Assembly: GCA_030550585.1 (NCBI GenBank)
Contig: JAUQPB010000002.1
Location: 288,001-352,000 of the forward strand
Direction of reading: 5' to 3'
DNA: 64,000 bases
From: Thermoproteota archaeon
Lineage (GTDB): Archaea; Thermoproteota; Thermoprotei_A; Sulfolobales; Ignisphaeraceae
Shown: piece by piece, positions 41,462 to 50,681 of the stretch
Layout of the letters: every line of letters begins with the position of its first letter
How positions within the stretch are numbered: the first letter of the stretch is position 1
The notes under the pieces: generated by a model
Database searches by the model: none
What the model saw: only the letters and a program-made list of their open reading frames with translations
What the model was told of the DNA's origin: nothing
Translations under genes and position numbers: made by a program

Positions 41462-43042
41462 CTACTGTTTTCTCCAGACAGGCTTTCCTCCAATGTATGT
41501 GGCTAGGACCTTTATGTTCTTCAACTCTCTCTCATCTGTTTTCAGAGGGTCTCTGTCAACGATTATGAAATCTGCTAGCTTTCCCGGCTCTAGAGTACCC
41601 AGATCCTCTTCTTCGAGTAGTATATATGCAGAGCCGTATGTGTAGTGGTGGAGGGCCTCTTCTACTGTTAGGCTCTGGCTCTCTGTATACCTATAGTGTT
41701 TAACGTTCTCGTATTTCCCCCTTGTAACTGCAGCGTATATTGTCTGCCACGGGTTTGCGGGCTCAACTGGGCTGTCCGTCCCAATGCCTACAGGAATTCC
41801 TTTTTCAATCATTGTCTTGAATGGGTATAGCCACTTTATCCTCTCCTCACCCAACCTCTGCAAAGCCCACCAATCAGATATGACAAAGTTTGGCTGAACA
41901 GACGCTGCAACCCCAAGCCTAGCCATTCTATCTATTTGATCTTCTCTAAGAACCGATGCATGCTCAATTCTATGTCTATACATCCTCGCATTCGGAAGCT
42001 CCTGGTATATATCTAAGATTACATCTATTGCCCTGTCGCCAATGCCGTGAATGGCCAGCTGAAGACCAGACTCATGGATTTTTCTGGCAGCTGCTCTAAG
42101 ATCTCTTGGATCTGTTGCTGGATAGCCGCTGGTTGAGGGGTCGTCTGAATAGGGTTTTGATAGCCATGCTGTTCTAGCACCTAGACTGCCATCTGCATAG
42201 AGCTTGACCCCAACTATTTTCAGGTACTCGTCTCCAAAACCACTCCTAAGCCCCACATCCCTTGCGACGTCTATGAAACTCCAAGACTTTCTAAAGTCTA
42301 GATAAACTCTAACCCTTATAGGCAGCTGCTTCTCCTTCCAAAGCTCTGTCAAAGCCTTTAAAACCTTTGGATCGCATCCAACGAAGCCAGCTGTTGTAAC
42401 GCCTTGCGAGGCTAGGTGGTTTAAGGCTCTTAGAAGAATCTTTTTATAGTCTTCAACAGATATGGAATCCTCAATCTTCTCCCTAACAGTGTTGAGGGCA
42501 TCCTCTCTAACAATACCTGTTGGAACACCCCTATCATCTCTAACAACATTGGGAGACTCAATCGTTGAAACGCTTGCGAGTTCCAAACCCCTTGAGTTGA
42601 GGACAGCAACATGCATGCAGATCCTGTAGAGTATAACCGGCCTATTGCTAACAACCTCGTCGAGATCCCATCTAGTTGGCCACCTCCTCTCCTCGAAAAG
42701 CTCTTGATCCCATCCAAATCCAATAATCCATAGAGTGTCAACAGATTTTGAAAACTCTTTCAGCCTCTCCTTAAGCTCTCTAATACTTTTAACGCCACGG
42801 AGATCGAGCATGCCAAGCTGAAGACCAAGCTCATCCAAGTGGATGTGAGAATCTATGAAGCCAGGCAGGACAGTTGCACCATTCAAATCGACAACATCTC
42901 CGCCAAGCAAACCAGCCACGCTTTTCGCAATGTCATTGCTACCGGCGTAGAGTATCCTACCCCACCCAACAACGATGGCCTCAACCCTCTTAACGGGCTT
43001 GAAAGACAGGTAGATATTTCCATTGACAAATGCTGTAACCAG
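41462..43042 (-). CDS. Amidohydrolase family 3 (YtcJ-like); probable CTG start
   Basis: PGFIDSHIH, GWDQ, KLYADGSLG.RTA, HGIGD, RIEHAS and GKLADF motifs; the frame extends to CTG-VTAFVNGNIY after GGTG. Confidence 0.92.
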   Translation of the reverse strand: MVTAFVNGNIYLSFKPVKRVEAIVVGWGRILYAGSNDIAKSVAGLLGGDVVDLNGATVLPGFIDSHIHLDELGLQLGMLDLRGVKSIRELKERLKEFSKSVDTLWIIGFGWDQELFEERRWPTRWDLDEVVSNRPVILYRICMHVAVLNSRGLELASVSTIESPNVVRDDRGVPTGIVREDALNTVREKIEDSISVEDYKKILLRALNHLASQGVTTAGFVGCDPKVLKALTELWKEKQLPIRVRVYLDFRKSWSFIDVARDVGLRSGFGDEYLKIVGVKLYADGSLGARTAWLSKPYSDDPSTSGYPATDPRDLRAAARKIHESGLQLAIHGIGDRAIDVILDIYQELPNARMYRHRIEHASVLREDQIDRMARLGVAASVQPNFVISDWWALQRLGEERIKWLYPFKTMIEKGIPVGIGTDSPVEPANPWQTIYAAVTRGKYENVKHYRYTESQSLTVEEALHHYTYGSAYILLEEEDLGTLEPGKLADFIIVDRDPLKTDERELKNIKVLATYIGGKPVWRKQ

Positions 43043-43197
43043 ATATCATCACCAAAGAAAAATATGTTGAGGAAACATTAAAAACTTGTGCTACGCAAAG
43101 ACCGCATCTCTAAACTTATTTAAATTTTAACTTCTTTGAACTTATATAGCGGCAATGCTTTAATTGACTCGCGTTTTATCTGTGCTGTAATGCGCTT

Positions 43198-43986
43198 GTG
43201 CTGGTGAATCCCATGGTTATCTACCCTGTTAAGCATGTTTCGTGGAGCGAAGTTGCTGAATGGAGTTTGAGACTTGCAAGGATTGTTGATGGTAGTGGGT
43301 TTAAGCCAGATGTTGTAGTCGCTGTTGGTAGAGGTGGTCTAGCAGTCTCTAGGATTCTAGCTGACGTTCTAGACGTTGACAAAATCCTTTATTTGCCTAT
43401 TAGATGGAGAGAAAAGTCTAGAAGACCTGGCGAAAACTATTTAGCTGAGCTAATAAGGTGCTTTGCAAAGGGCTCTGGCATAGAGCTTTGTATAGCCGAT
43501 GTTGTTAAGGGCCTCAGCATAGAAACAGCATTCAACTTTGAAATTGATTTGAATGGGTCTAAAGCACTCGCAGTTGAAGAGATATCTGCCACAGGCCTGC
43601 ACCTCGCAAAAGCTAGGGAGATTCTGATCAAAAAATGGAGAGCAGGAGATGTTAAGACAGCAACCCTAGTCTGGAAAACATCTACATCGCAGCTAAAGCC
43701 CGACTATGTATTCATCGAGACTAGAAGCTTTGTGTGGTTCCAATTCCCATGGTCAAGAGCATCAGACTACAAACAGTTTGCTAAAGTCGCCATGGAGGAG
43801 GAGTGCAGAAGAGGAGGCAAATGCTCATGGAGCATAGAAGAAATTGGAGAACTCTTCAAAAAATGGTATGGATTCGACCCAGACAAAAAATACTTAGAGA
43901 TAGCTCTTGAGAAACTCACAAAAGAGGAGATACTAAATAGGGTAAATAAACAGAATGTAATAGTCTATGAGATAAGAATTCAGTAG
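43198..43986 (+). CDS. Type I phosphoribosyltransferase (purine PRT-like) with a C-terminal extension
   Basis: PDVVVAVGRGG, PRPP loop variant VEEISATG, KPDY and WFQFPW. Confidence 0.85.
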   Translation: MLVNPMVIYPVKHVSWSEVAEWSLRLARIVDGSGFKPDVVVAVGRGGLAVSRILADVLDVDKILYLPIRWREKSRRPGENYLAELIRCFAKGSGIELCIADVVKGLSIETAFNFEIDLNGSKALAVEEISATGLHLAKAREILIKKWRAGDVKTATLVWKTSTSQLKPDYVFIETRSFVWFQFPWSRASDYKQFAKVAMEEECRRGGKCSWSIEEIGELFKKWYGFDPDKKYLEIALEKLTKEEILNRVNKQNVIVYEIRIQ

Positions 43987-44053
43987 AAACTAAAGAGCAA
44001 CGCTTATAACGCTTTTTAAAACACTAGAAAATTGGTGGGAGGATAAAAAGGTT

Positions 44054-44845
44054 ATGGAGAATAGAAGTACTAAGCAAGAGCTTCTCAAGCTTTTGAAGGA
44101 GGATGAGGAGTTTAGGTATGCTATAGCCGGCCTCCTAGGCTTTGGGGAGGTTTTGAAGAGGCTTGATAGGCATGAGGAGGAGTTGAAGAAGCTTAGAGAA
44201 GACTTCTTAATGTTTGTCAAAGAGCAGGAGAAGAGATGGGAGGAGAATAACAGGAGGTGGGAGGAGGCTTACAAGAGGTTCGAAGCTATTGAGAATGAGT
44301 TGAGGGCTCTTAGAGAGGATTTCAATAGGTTTGTTGAGTTGGAGGAGAGGAGGTGGGAGGAAACGTATAAGAGGTTCGAGGCTATTGAGAAGACTTTACA
44401 GTTTCACGGGGAGAAGATTGCAGAGCTTGCTAAAATTGTTGGAGAGCTTAAGGTTGCTTTGGGATCTATTGGTAGGAGGCTGGGGAGAGACCTAGAGAAG
44501 ACAATTCTATCCCTATACAAAGACGCCATCGAAAGATTTGGCATAGATGTTGAGAAAATTGAGAAGATCTCTTTCAGAGACTACGATGGTAAGTACCTTC
44601 AGAAGGGGGCTAAACTAGAAATAGACATTTACATAAGTGATAAGGCAACGTATTTCATAGAGGTGAAGAGCTTTGCAGATGAAGATGATGTCGAATGGTT
44701 TAACACAAAATGCAGTATTTTCGCTAAGGAGAAAAACATTGAGAACTATAAAAAGCTTTTGATAGCTGTGAACATGCTACGTGAAGCTTTGGAGAGAGCC
44801 AAAGAACTTGGTATAGAAGTTGTCTACGGATCTATCATAGAATAG
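44054..44845 (+). CDS. Coiled-coil PD-(D/E)XK-nuclease-like protein (DUF3782-like)
   Basis: LKEDEEFRYAIAGLLG N-terminus, heptad repeats, EIDI...IEVKS and A.ELGIEV. Confidence 0.85.
   Translation: MENRSTKQELLKLLKEDEEFRYAIAGLLGFGEVLKRLDRHEEELKKLREDFLMFVKEQEKRWEENNRRWEEAYKRFEAIENELRALREDFNRFVELEERRWEETYKRFEAIEKTLQFHGEKIAELAKIVGELKVALGSIGRRLGRDLEKTILSLYKDAIERFGIDVEKIEKISFRDYDGKYLQKGAKLEIDIYISDKATYFIEVKSFADEDDVEWFNTKCSIFAKEKNIENYKKLLIAVNMLREALERAKELGIEVVYGSIIE
44252..44391 (+). repeat. Internal direct repeat of about 44 bp with 96-nt spacing (RRWEExYKRFEAIE twice)
   Basis: aggaggtgggaggaggcttacaagaggttcgaagctattgagaa versus aggaggtgggaggaaacgtataagaggttcgaggctattgagaa. Confidence 0.85.
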
Positions 44846-44898
44846 CTAAAATCTATAGAAAGGCTGTAAAGAGGCCATCAATGGATATGTAGACAAAT

Positions 44899-46332
44899 TT
44901 GTTTGGTGCAATACTATTGGGTGAGGAATGCGCTGCAATAACTTTTTATAGCGACCCAGTTGAATCTTTTCTAACCTCAGTCTTTAGATTATATGAGGTC
45001 TTTGGATGCGGTCAAATAATAGTCTTTTCTTCTAAAACTAGAGAAGCCGAGGCTTCAAATGCTGTAAACCTATTGAGGAATTATGTGAAGAATACTGAAT
45101 TTAGTTTATATCCCATATTCCCAGACCCAAGCGACCTGAATTCATTTGATGGTCTTTCGCAAACTGTCTACAATGTTTTGAGAGGCATCTCAAAAGATAG
45201 TAGAATTGTTATGGCTACCTACACGGGCTCTAGACTAGAGGTCTCAGCAACTATCTTAGCAGCTTCTAGGCAAAGAGAAAGTGTTTCCCTCATCTACACA
45301 CCATTTTTCTTCGGCCCTTGGAACAACCTTTTTTATCCCTTTACACCAAAGCCTTTGGAACCAATAGCAATTCTACATCCAAGTGCAGATGATGTGAGAT
45401 CTATTGTAAAACCTAGTCAAATTCTCATTGAGAAGCAAGATCTGGAGAAGCTTCTCGACAACTTTGTAAAACCTCCATTATCTCGACTTAGAAGAGGCGT
45501 TGCATATACTCAATACAAAATCAATGCTGAGTATGCAACGTCTTCAATTATATATCCATTGGATTTTAGATGTAGAGGACTCAGAATCACAATTACAGTT
45601 AACAAAATTCCTAAGATAGTTGCTGAAGCAAGAGACTATTGCAACTATGATGAGGTTATAGAGCTTGTGCACAGTCTTGGCTCTCAAATCAAAAAATTCA
45701 ATACCATTGAAAGTGAGGCAGGTAGAGCAATAGAATTGATAGCGAAGTTCTCTGGACTCATCCCACTAGCTGTTGAGGAGTGCACATATGACTGTGAGAA
45801 ATACAAAGATGTTATTTTGACAGATTTTCTATCTGAGATAGGGGCAGAGGCTCTTATGGATACAAACATATTCTACACATCACTTCACATGTTATTACAT
45901 GAATCAAAAATTAATGTCAAAACACCTTTATGTGCCTATGTAGAGCTTTTGGGGCATGTCGCACATTATAAGAACCCATATGAGGAATTGAGATCAGCCA
46001 TAGCCAGCCTTATCCTAGATGAGATTAGGACACTAGGACTTCAAATCGATGAGAATTCTAGTCAGCGGCCATGTGAAATCGGAATAGCGTTGGCAAAGGG
46101 CTTCGCTGTAACATCTGACAAAAAGGCATTTGATGATATATTCAAGTTTTTGAACATTAAAGCTGTTTTCACGGTGCCTAAGCCTATAAAGGAGGTAAAG
46201 TTGCTTAGGAGAGAAAATATGAGAAGAATAGCATATGCATATTATGCCATTGCGCAGTTCAAAACAGTTGTTGAAATGCCTGAAATTGCAAAAGCGCTAA
46301 GTAAGTTAGGTATTGAAGTGAGGTTTGAATAG
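44899..46332 (+). CDS. Putative CARF-like domain fused to a C-terminal PIN RNase domain
   Basis: IVMATYTGSRLEVSATILAA resembles the CARF DxTGGRK..S..LAA motif; LMDTNIF, YVEL and VTSDKK resemble PIN motifs. Confidence 0.6.
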   Translation: MFGAILLGEECAAITFYSDPVESFLTSVFRLYEVFGCGQIIVFSSKTREAEASNAVNLLRNYVKNTEFSLYPIFPDPSDLNSFDGLSQTVYNVLRGISKDSRIVMATYTGSRLEVSATILAASRQRESVSLIYTPFFFGPWNNLFYPFTPKPLEPIAILHPSADDVRSIVKPSQILIEKQDLEKLLDNFVKPPLSRLRRGVAYTQYKINAEYATSSIIYPLDFRCRGLRITITVNKIPKIVAEARDYCNYDEVIELVHSLGSQIKKFNTIESEAGRAIELIAKFSGLIPLAVEECTYDCEKYKDVILTDFLSEIGAEALMDTNIFYTSLHMLLHESKINVKTPLCAYVELLGHVAHYKNPYEELRSAIASLILDEIRTLGLQIDENSSQRPCEIGIALAKGFAVTSDKKAFDDIFKFLNIKAVFTVPKPIKEVKLLRRENMRRIAYAYYAIAQFKTVVEMPEIAKALSKLGIEVRFE

Positions 46333-46687
46333 ATCGGTTACAAACCTCATTAATTTATAATCAAAGATTAATTAACGTCATCTCAAAATGCAATTGTTGA
46401 AAGCTTGAAAGAAACGGGCTCTAATCCAGTCGATAAGTATCCACAGTTTGTGAGACTAGAAAATGATAAAGGTTTTTGTACGTAATATTGGTAGCTGAAG
46501 AGATTTGAAGGTGATGATGAAGAGGAAGTGTGCTGTTAAATCGTTGAAAGGGCCACCACCTCTTAGAATAGCAGGGTCTGGGCCGTAGGCAAAGGGCTTG
46601 CGTTTTTCTGTCACATGCTTTAGCCTGTCTTTGTGTAGGGATAACAGTTTTTAGGTTGTGGTAGCAAAGTAGTTTTTGTGATGTGTT

Positions 46688-47956
46688 TTGAAGCCTATTG
46701 TTGTTGTCCCCTTTGCATCTGAGATTCATGGAAAGGAGTACTACGCCAATGTTTTAGAGGTTTTTAGGAAGCATCTCAGTAGATATGGTATAGAGTTCCA
46801 CAGCGAAATTGTTGTGTCTGCCGAGGCTGCTGAGAAGCTGGGTAGCAGATACCAGGGGTTTATACCAATAGCGCTTGTCTTGACTGGTGGCACGAGTAAC
46901 CTTATCTACAGGTTTGTGTCTACAGGCTCTATAGACAAGGTCTTTATACTTGCCCATACGGAGCACAATAGCCTTGCCTCAGCTGTTTCTGCTAGAAGCA
47001 AGATTGAGAGGGATGGGTATTCAGCTGGGCTCTACTGGTGTGAAGAGTACTACTCTATCGACTGTGAGAATGTTGTTGACAAGCTGATGGCTGTTGCAAG
47101 AGCTGTTGCATTCATTGACGGCTCTAAGGTCGCTGTGGTTGCTGATAGGGAAAAGGGTGATGTAGAGGATGCTTTTGAGTCTAGATTCAATGCAACAGTC
47201 GATATTGTATCTACATCAAGAATAGCCTCGATGATGGATTCCGCCCCAAGGGAGAGGGTAGAGGCTGTCGCCAGAGAGATAGAGTCGAAGATAGAGTTTG
47301 AGGCATCTAAAGAGGCTTTGGAGAAGGTTTCCAGGCTTTACATAGCTCTTGAGAGCCTTGCCAAGGAGAACAAATACGATGTTGTAACAATAGACTGTTT
47401 CCCATTCATACTAAAATATGGTGTAACACCATGCATACCACTATCGCTGCTAAACAGCAAGGGGATTACAGCTGTTTGCGAAGCAGATCTAACAGCTGTT
47501 TTCGGTATGCTTCTAGCAAGGGGTTTGACAGGTAGGAGTGGGTGGATAGGAAATGTAGTGTCATTCAAATCCAGATCAGCTATGCTAGCCCACTGCACAA
47601 TAGCCCTCGACCTAGTCTCTGGAAAGCCTAGGGCTATACAGCATTTTGAGTCTGGAGCTCCATACGCAATAACAGCATCTGTAGAAAATGCTGTAGCAAC
47701 TATAGTGTCTGTCGACAGGGACTTCACCATAGCCATAGCCGACAGGGGGAGGATAGTAAAATCCGGTCTACTAACATACTCAACATGCAGAACACAGATA
47801 ATGCTAGAATTTGACTTCCCAGTTGAGCACATACCTAGGTATGCCCCGTCAAACCACCACATTATGATGTTTGGAGACTTTGTTGATGAGATTAGAGAAG
47901 TTGCCTACATGTTCAACATGGATGCGGCAACATATAGAGAGCTTGTTGGCTGGTGA
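46688..47956 (+). CDS. L-fucose/L-arabinose isomerase-like protein
   Basis: TGGT, NSLASA, TIDCF, TPC..S.LN, CEAD, AHCT, CRTQ and NHH motifs. Confidence 0.82.
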   Translation: MKPIVVVPFASEIHGKEYYANVLEVFRKHLSRYGIEFHSEIVVSAEAAEKLGSRYQGFIPIALVLTGGTSNLIYRFVSTGSIDKVFILAHTEHNSLASAVSARSKIERDGYSAGLYWCEEYYSIDCENVVDKLMAVARAVAFIDGSKVAVVADREKGDVEDAFESRFNATVDIVSTSRIASMMDSAPRERVEAVAREIESKIEFEASKEALEKVSRLYIALESLAKENKYDVVTIDCFPFILKYGVTPCIPLSLLNSKGITAVCEADLTAVFGMLLARGLTGRSGWIGNVVSFKSRSAMLAHCTIALDLVSGKPRAIQHFESGAPYAITASVENAVATIVSVDRDFTIAIADRGRIVKSGLLTYSTCRTQIMLEFDFPVEHIPRYAPSNHHIMMFGDFVDEIREVAYMFNMDAATYRELVGW

Positions 47957-48507
47957 AAATGGATTTTGCAAAGCCCAAACACTTCTACTACCTCTTGCAT
48001 CCAAGACCAGTTGTAGTAATACTGTCGGTGTGCGAGGGTGGGAGATACAATGCTATGCCAGCTTCTTGGATAACACCAGTATCCGAAGAACCGCCGACAA
48101 TAGCTGTTGCAATCGATAGAGAGTCATATACATTCACATGCATCGAATATTCGAAGGAGGCCACATTCAACATACCATCTGCTCAGCATGTAGATGTTGT
48201 GTACAAGCTTGGGAGCGTCTCTGGTAGAAGCGTTGACAAGATAAAGATGTTTGGTCTTAGCCTAGCAAAAGCGAATAGGGTTGGCGCACCTATTTGGCAA
48301 GATGCCATTGGATGGCTGGAGGGTAGGGTCACAAGCTTTGTAGACGTCGGCGAGGTAAGGCTATATGTTTTCGAGGTTCTAGACTATTACGCAAAAGCTG
48401 ATGCTATATCAGAGTGGGGGTGGCAGCTACAGAAAGCTAATCCGATTCACCACGGGGCTGGCAGATGGTTCTATCTAGTCGGCAGACACATAGCAGCATC
48501 CAAATAA
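47953..48507 (+). CDS. Flavin reductase family protein
   Basis: HPRPVV, NAMPASW.TPVS..PP and GSVSGR.VDK motifs. Confidence 0.9.
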   Translation: MKMDFAKPKHFYYLLHPRPVVVILSVCEGGRYNAMPASWITPVSEEPPTIAVAIDRESYTFTCIEYSKEATFNIPSAQHVDVVYKLGSVSGRSVDKIKMFGLSLAKANRVGAPIWQDAIGWLEGRVTSFVDVGEVRLYVFEVLDYYAKADAISEWGWQLQKANPIHHGAGRWFYLVGRHIAASK

Positions 48508-48537
48508 AATATTAATCTTTTTTCCACAGTATTAAAG

Positions 48538-48593
48538 CTGATGATTGGTCCTAGCCAGCCTGACTGAAATGTGATGAGCGGACCACGAAATGA
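48538..48593 (+). ncRNA. C/D-box sRNA with tandem D' boxes and a variant terminal D box
   Basis: CTGATGA, 15 nt, CTGA CTGA, AAT, GTGATGA, 12 nt, ATGA; lies between convergent genes. Confidence 0.75.
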
Positions 48594-48595
48594 TT

Positions 48596-49513
48596 CTAAA
48601 CAAGGACAATACCATTCTCTATATAGCTCAAAGCCTTTTCCCTATCCACAAGCTTATTCGGTTCGACAACAAGCGCACCAGCATACGAATTTCCATAGTA
48701 GCCCTTCATGGAGAATAGCGTTAGAACCCTCTTTCCATGGTTAAACCTGTAGCCGTTGCATGGTTCATGCCCCCTCACAGCGATAACCACATTGAGTTTC
48801 CTCAGAAGAGTCTCAGTTATTTTCCTACCCCACACAACCCCAGCTCCCCTAACAAAGTTGAAATCATGCTCCTCAATCTCTTCGCTTGGATCGCTCCACA
48901 GAATCTCTTCAAAATCACTTGCATCAACATTCAAAATATCTTCAACTCCATCAAATTTTAGAAGTCTCGATACTGGTGGACCTCCATGAAAAGCAACTAG
49001 TGTGTTTGGTATGTAGAGTATTAGGGGAAGCAAATCAAATATTTTTTGAAACAAGTTGTAGAGTTCTTCGCCATTCACATAGCCGAATGCCTCTATGAGC
49101 TTATATGGAAAGTCGTGTGGCGATGGAAGAAGTTGTGGAGGGGGCTCGTGGTTTCCCCTCAAAAGAACTATCCTATCATTCCAATCCTTCTTAAGCATAG
49201 CTATTAAGGCAACCGTTCTGATTTGCTCATCGCCTCTATCGATATAGTCTCCAAGGAAAACTATCCTACCTCCATCTCTGAGAATGTCTAGTGCCTTAAC
49301 CTTTTCTAAAATGTTTAGAAGTGTGTAGTAGTCTCCATGCACATCTCCTATGAAAACTGTTCTGCATTTACAATCGAGTTTAACAAATTTTCTGTCGTTT
49401 CTAAGTCTAGATTCAAATTGTAGTGTGTTGTAGAGCTCCTCGGTTAGTATCCTGAACTCGCTGTAGTCTCTAACAACAAGCTCTACCTTGGCTATATAGT
49501 CTCCTAGACTCAT
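48596..49513 (-). CDS. PPP-family Ser/Thr protein phosphatase
   Basis: GDVHG, GDYIDRG, LRGNHE, HGG, LWSDP, RGHE and TLFS motifs. Confidence 0.93.
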   Translation of the reverse strand: MSLGDYIAKVELVVRDYSEFRILTEELYNTLQFESRLRNDRKFVKLDCKCRTVFIGDVHGDYYTLLNILEKVKALDILRDGGRIVFLGDYIDRGDEQIRTVALIAMLKKDWNDRIVLLRGNHEPPPQLLPSPHDFPYKLIEAFGYVNGEELYNLFQKIFDLLPLILYIPNTLVAFHGGPPVSRLLKFDGVEDILNVDASDFEEILWSDPSEEIEEHDFNFVRGAGVVWGRKITETLLRKLNVVIAVRGHEPCNGYRFNHGKRVLTLFSMKGYYGNSYAGALVVEPNKLVDREKALSYIENGIVLV

Positions 49514-49589
49514 TGATTATAGACACCACTGAAATGCGGCGACAGGTATAAGTATCTTTCCTAGGGTTTAAAATTTGAGCTGTGGTCAC

Positions 49590-50672
49590 ATGGCAAGACC
49601 TAGAGCCATAGCTATTCACATTCCAGTCCACAGCTGGTCTAAAGATGAGATTGTGTCGAATGCAATATCATTTGGCGACAAGGTTTTCAGCTGTTTAAAG
49701 AGTGTTGGCTTGGAGGTGTGGACAAAGAGGTTTATTCTTCCGGTATTACCGGAAAATTCGTTGGGTTGTAGAGACATTGAGCATATAGTTAATGAGATTA
49801 GCGGGTCCATGGGGGATAGAATACTTGTAGCGTTTCCACTTTCACCGTCTAGCCAATGCTTAAAAGAGTTGCATAGCCTATCAAATGTTGACTCAGCATA
49901 TTTCTCAACAAGTTGCGGAGATGGGGATTGTATAAAAAAGGTTGTTGAACATGTTTATTCTGGGCATAGAAATGTGGAGCTAGACTTATTCACAAGATTT
50001 GCAATATCTTTTGGCATGTGGATAGAGACCCCATATTTCCCAGCAACAGCAAACATATCCAATGTTCTCGGTTTTAGTGCAGCTCTCAGATATGTTGATG
50101 TTGTATCGCAGGCACTGCTTTATAGCAGAACCCAGCTTCTCAGAGACTTTCTCGAGAATGTTGGTAAGAGGCTTGAGGAGTCTGCCAGATGTAGCAATGT
50201 AGCTTTTCTGGGTATAGACTACTCATTGTCTCCGTGGGTTGAGGAGGGAGAGAGCATTGCAAGTCTCATAGAGTCTCTGAGCAACTCTAGAATGGGGTTC
50301 CCAGGGATCCTATCCACAATATATGCTCTGAACACATTTTTGAGGGGGCTGATCAAAAAGGTTGGGATAAGACACATGGGCTTTAACGAGGTTATGCTAC
50401 CTGTGGCAGAGGATCTTGTGCTCAACAACCGTGTGAGAGAGAGCTTTGTCACGGTCAGGGATCTGATAGCCTATAGTTTTGCATGTGTTACCGGTCTTGA
50501 CATGGTTGCTTTGCCGAGGGATGCAGACATCTATAGAATTGCATTGGATATGCTAACAGTTTACAGAGTTAAGAACAGGGTTGTGGCGATGAGGGCTATT
50601 CCAACAGATTTTGATGTGTCTAGCGAGGTAAAGCTAAAGAATTTTGGGGTAACATATGTAGCAAGGCTTTGA
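49590..50672 (+). CDS. DUF711-family protein
   Basis: ETPYFP, GIDYSLSPW, GFNEVMLPVAED and CVTGLDMV motifs. Confidence 0.8.
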   Translation: MARPRAIAIHIPVHSWSKDEIVSNAISFGDKVFSCLKSVGLEVWTKRFILPVLPENSLGCRDIEHIVNEISGSMGDRILVAFPLSPSSQCLKELHSLSNVDSAYFSTSCGDGDCIKKVVEHVYSGHRNVELDLFTRFAISFGMWIETPYFPATANISNVLGFSAALRYVDVVSQALLYSRTQLLRDFLENVGKRLEESARCSNVAFLGIDYSLSPWVEEGESIASLIESLSNSRMGFPGILSTIYALNTFLRGLIKKVGIRHMGFNEVMLPVAEDLVLNNRVRESFVTVRDLIAYSFACVTGLDMVALPRDADIYRIALDMLTVYRVKNRVVAMRAIPTDFDVSSEVKLKNFGVTYVARL

Positions 50673-50681
50673 GGCGATTGC

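Noticed and set aside
46377-46550. Several TTGAAAG ends after CARF-PIN as a degenerate CRISPR array
   Set aside because: The upstream bases do not align and the spacing is irregular
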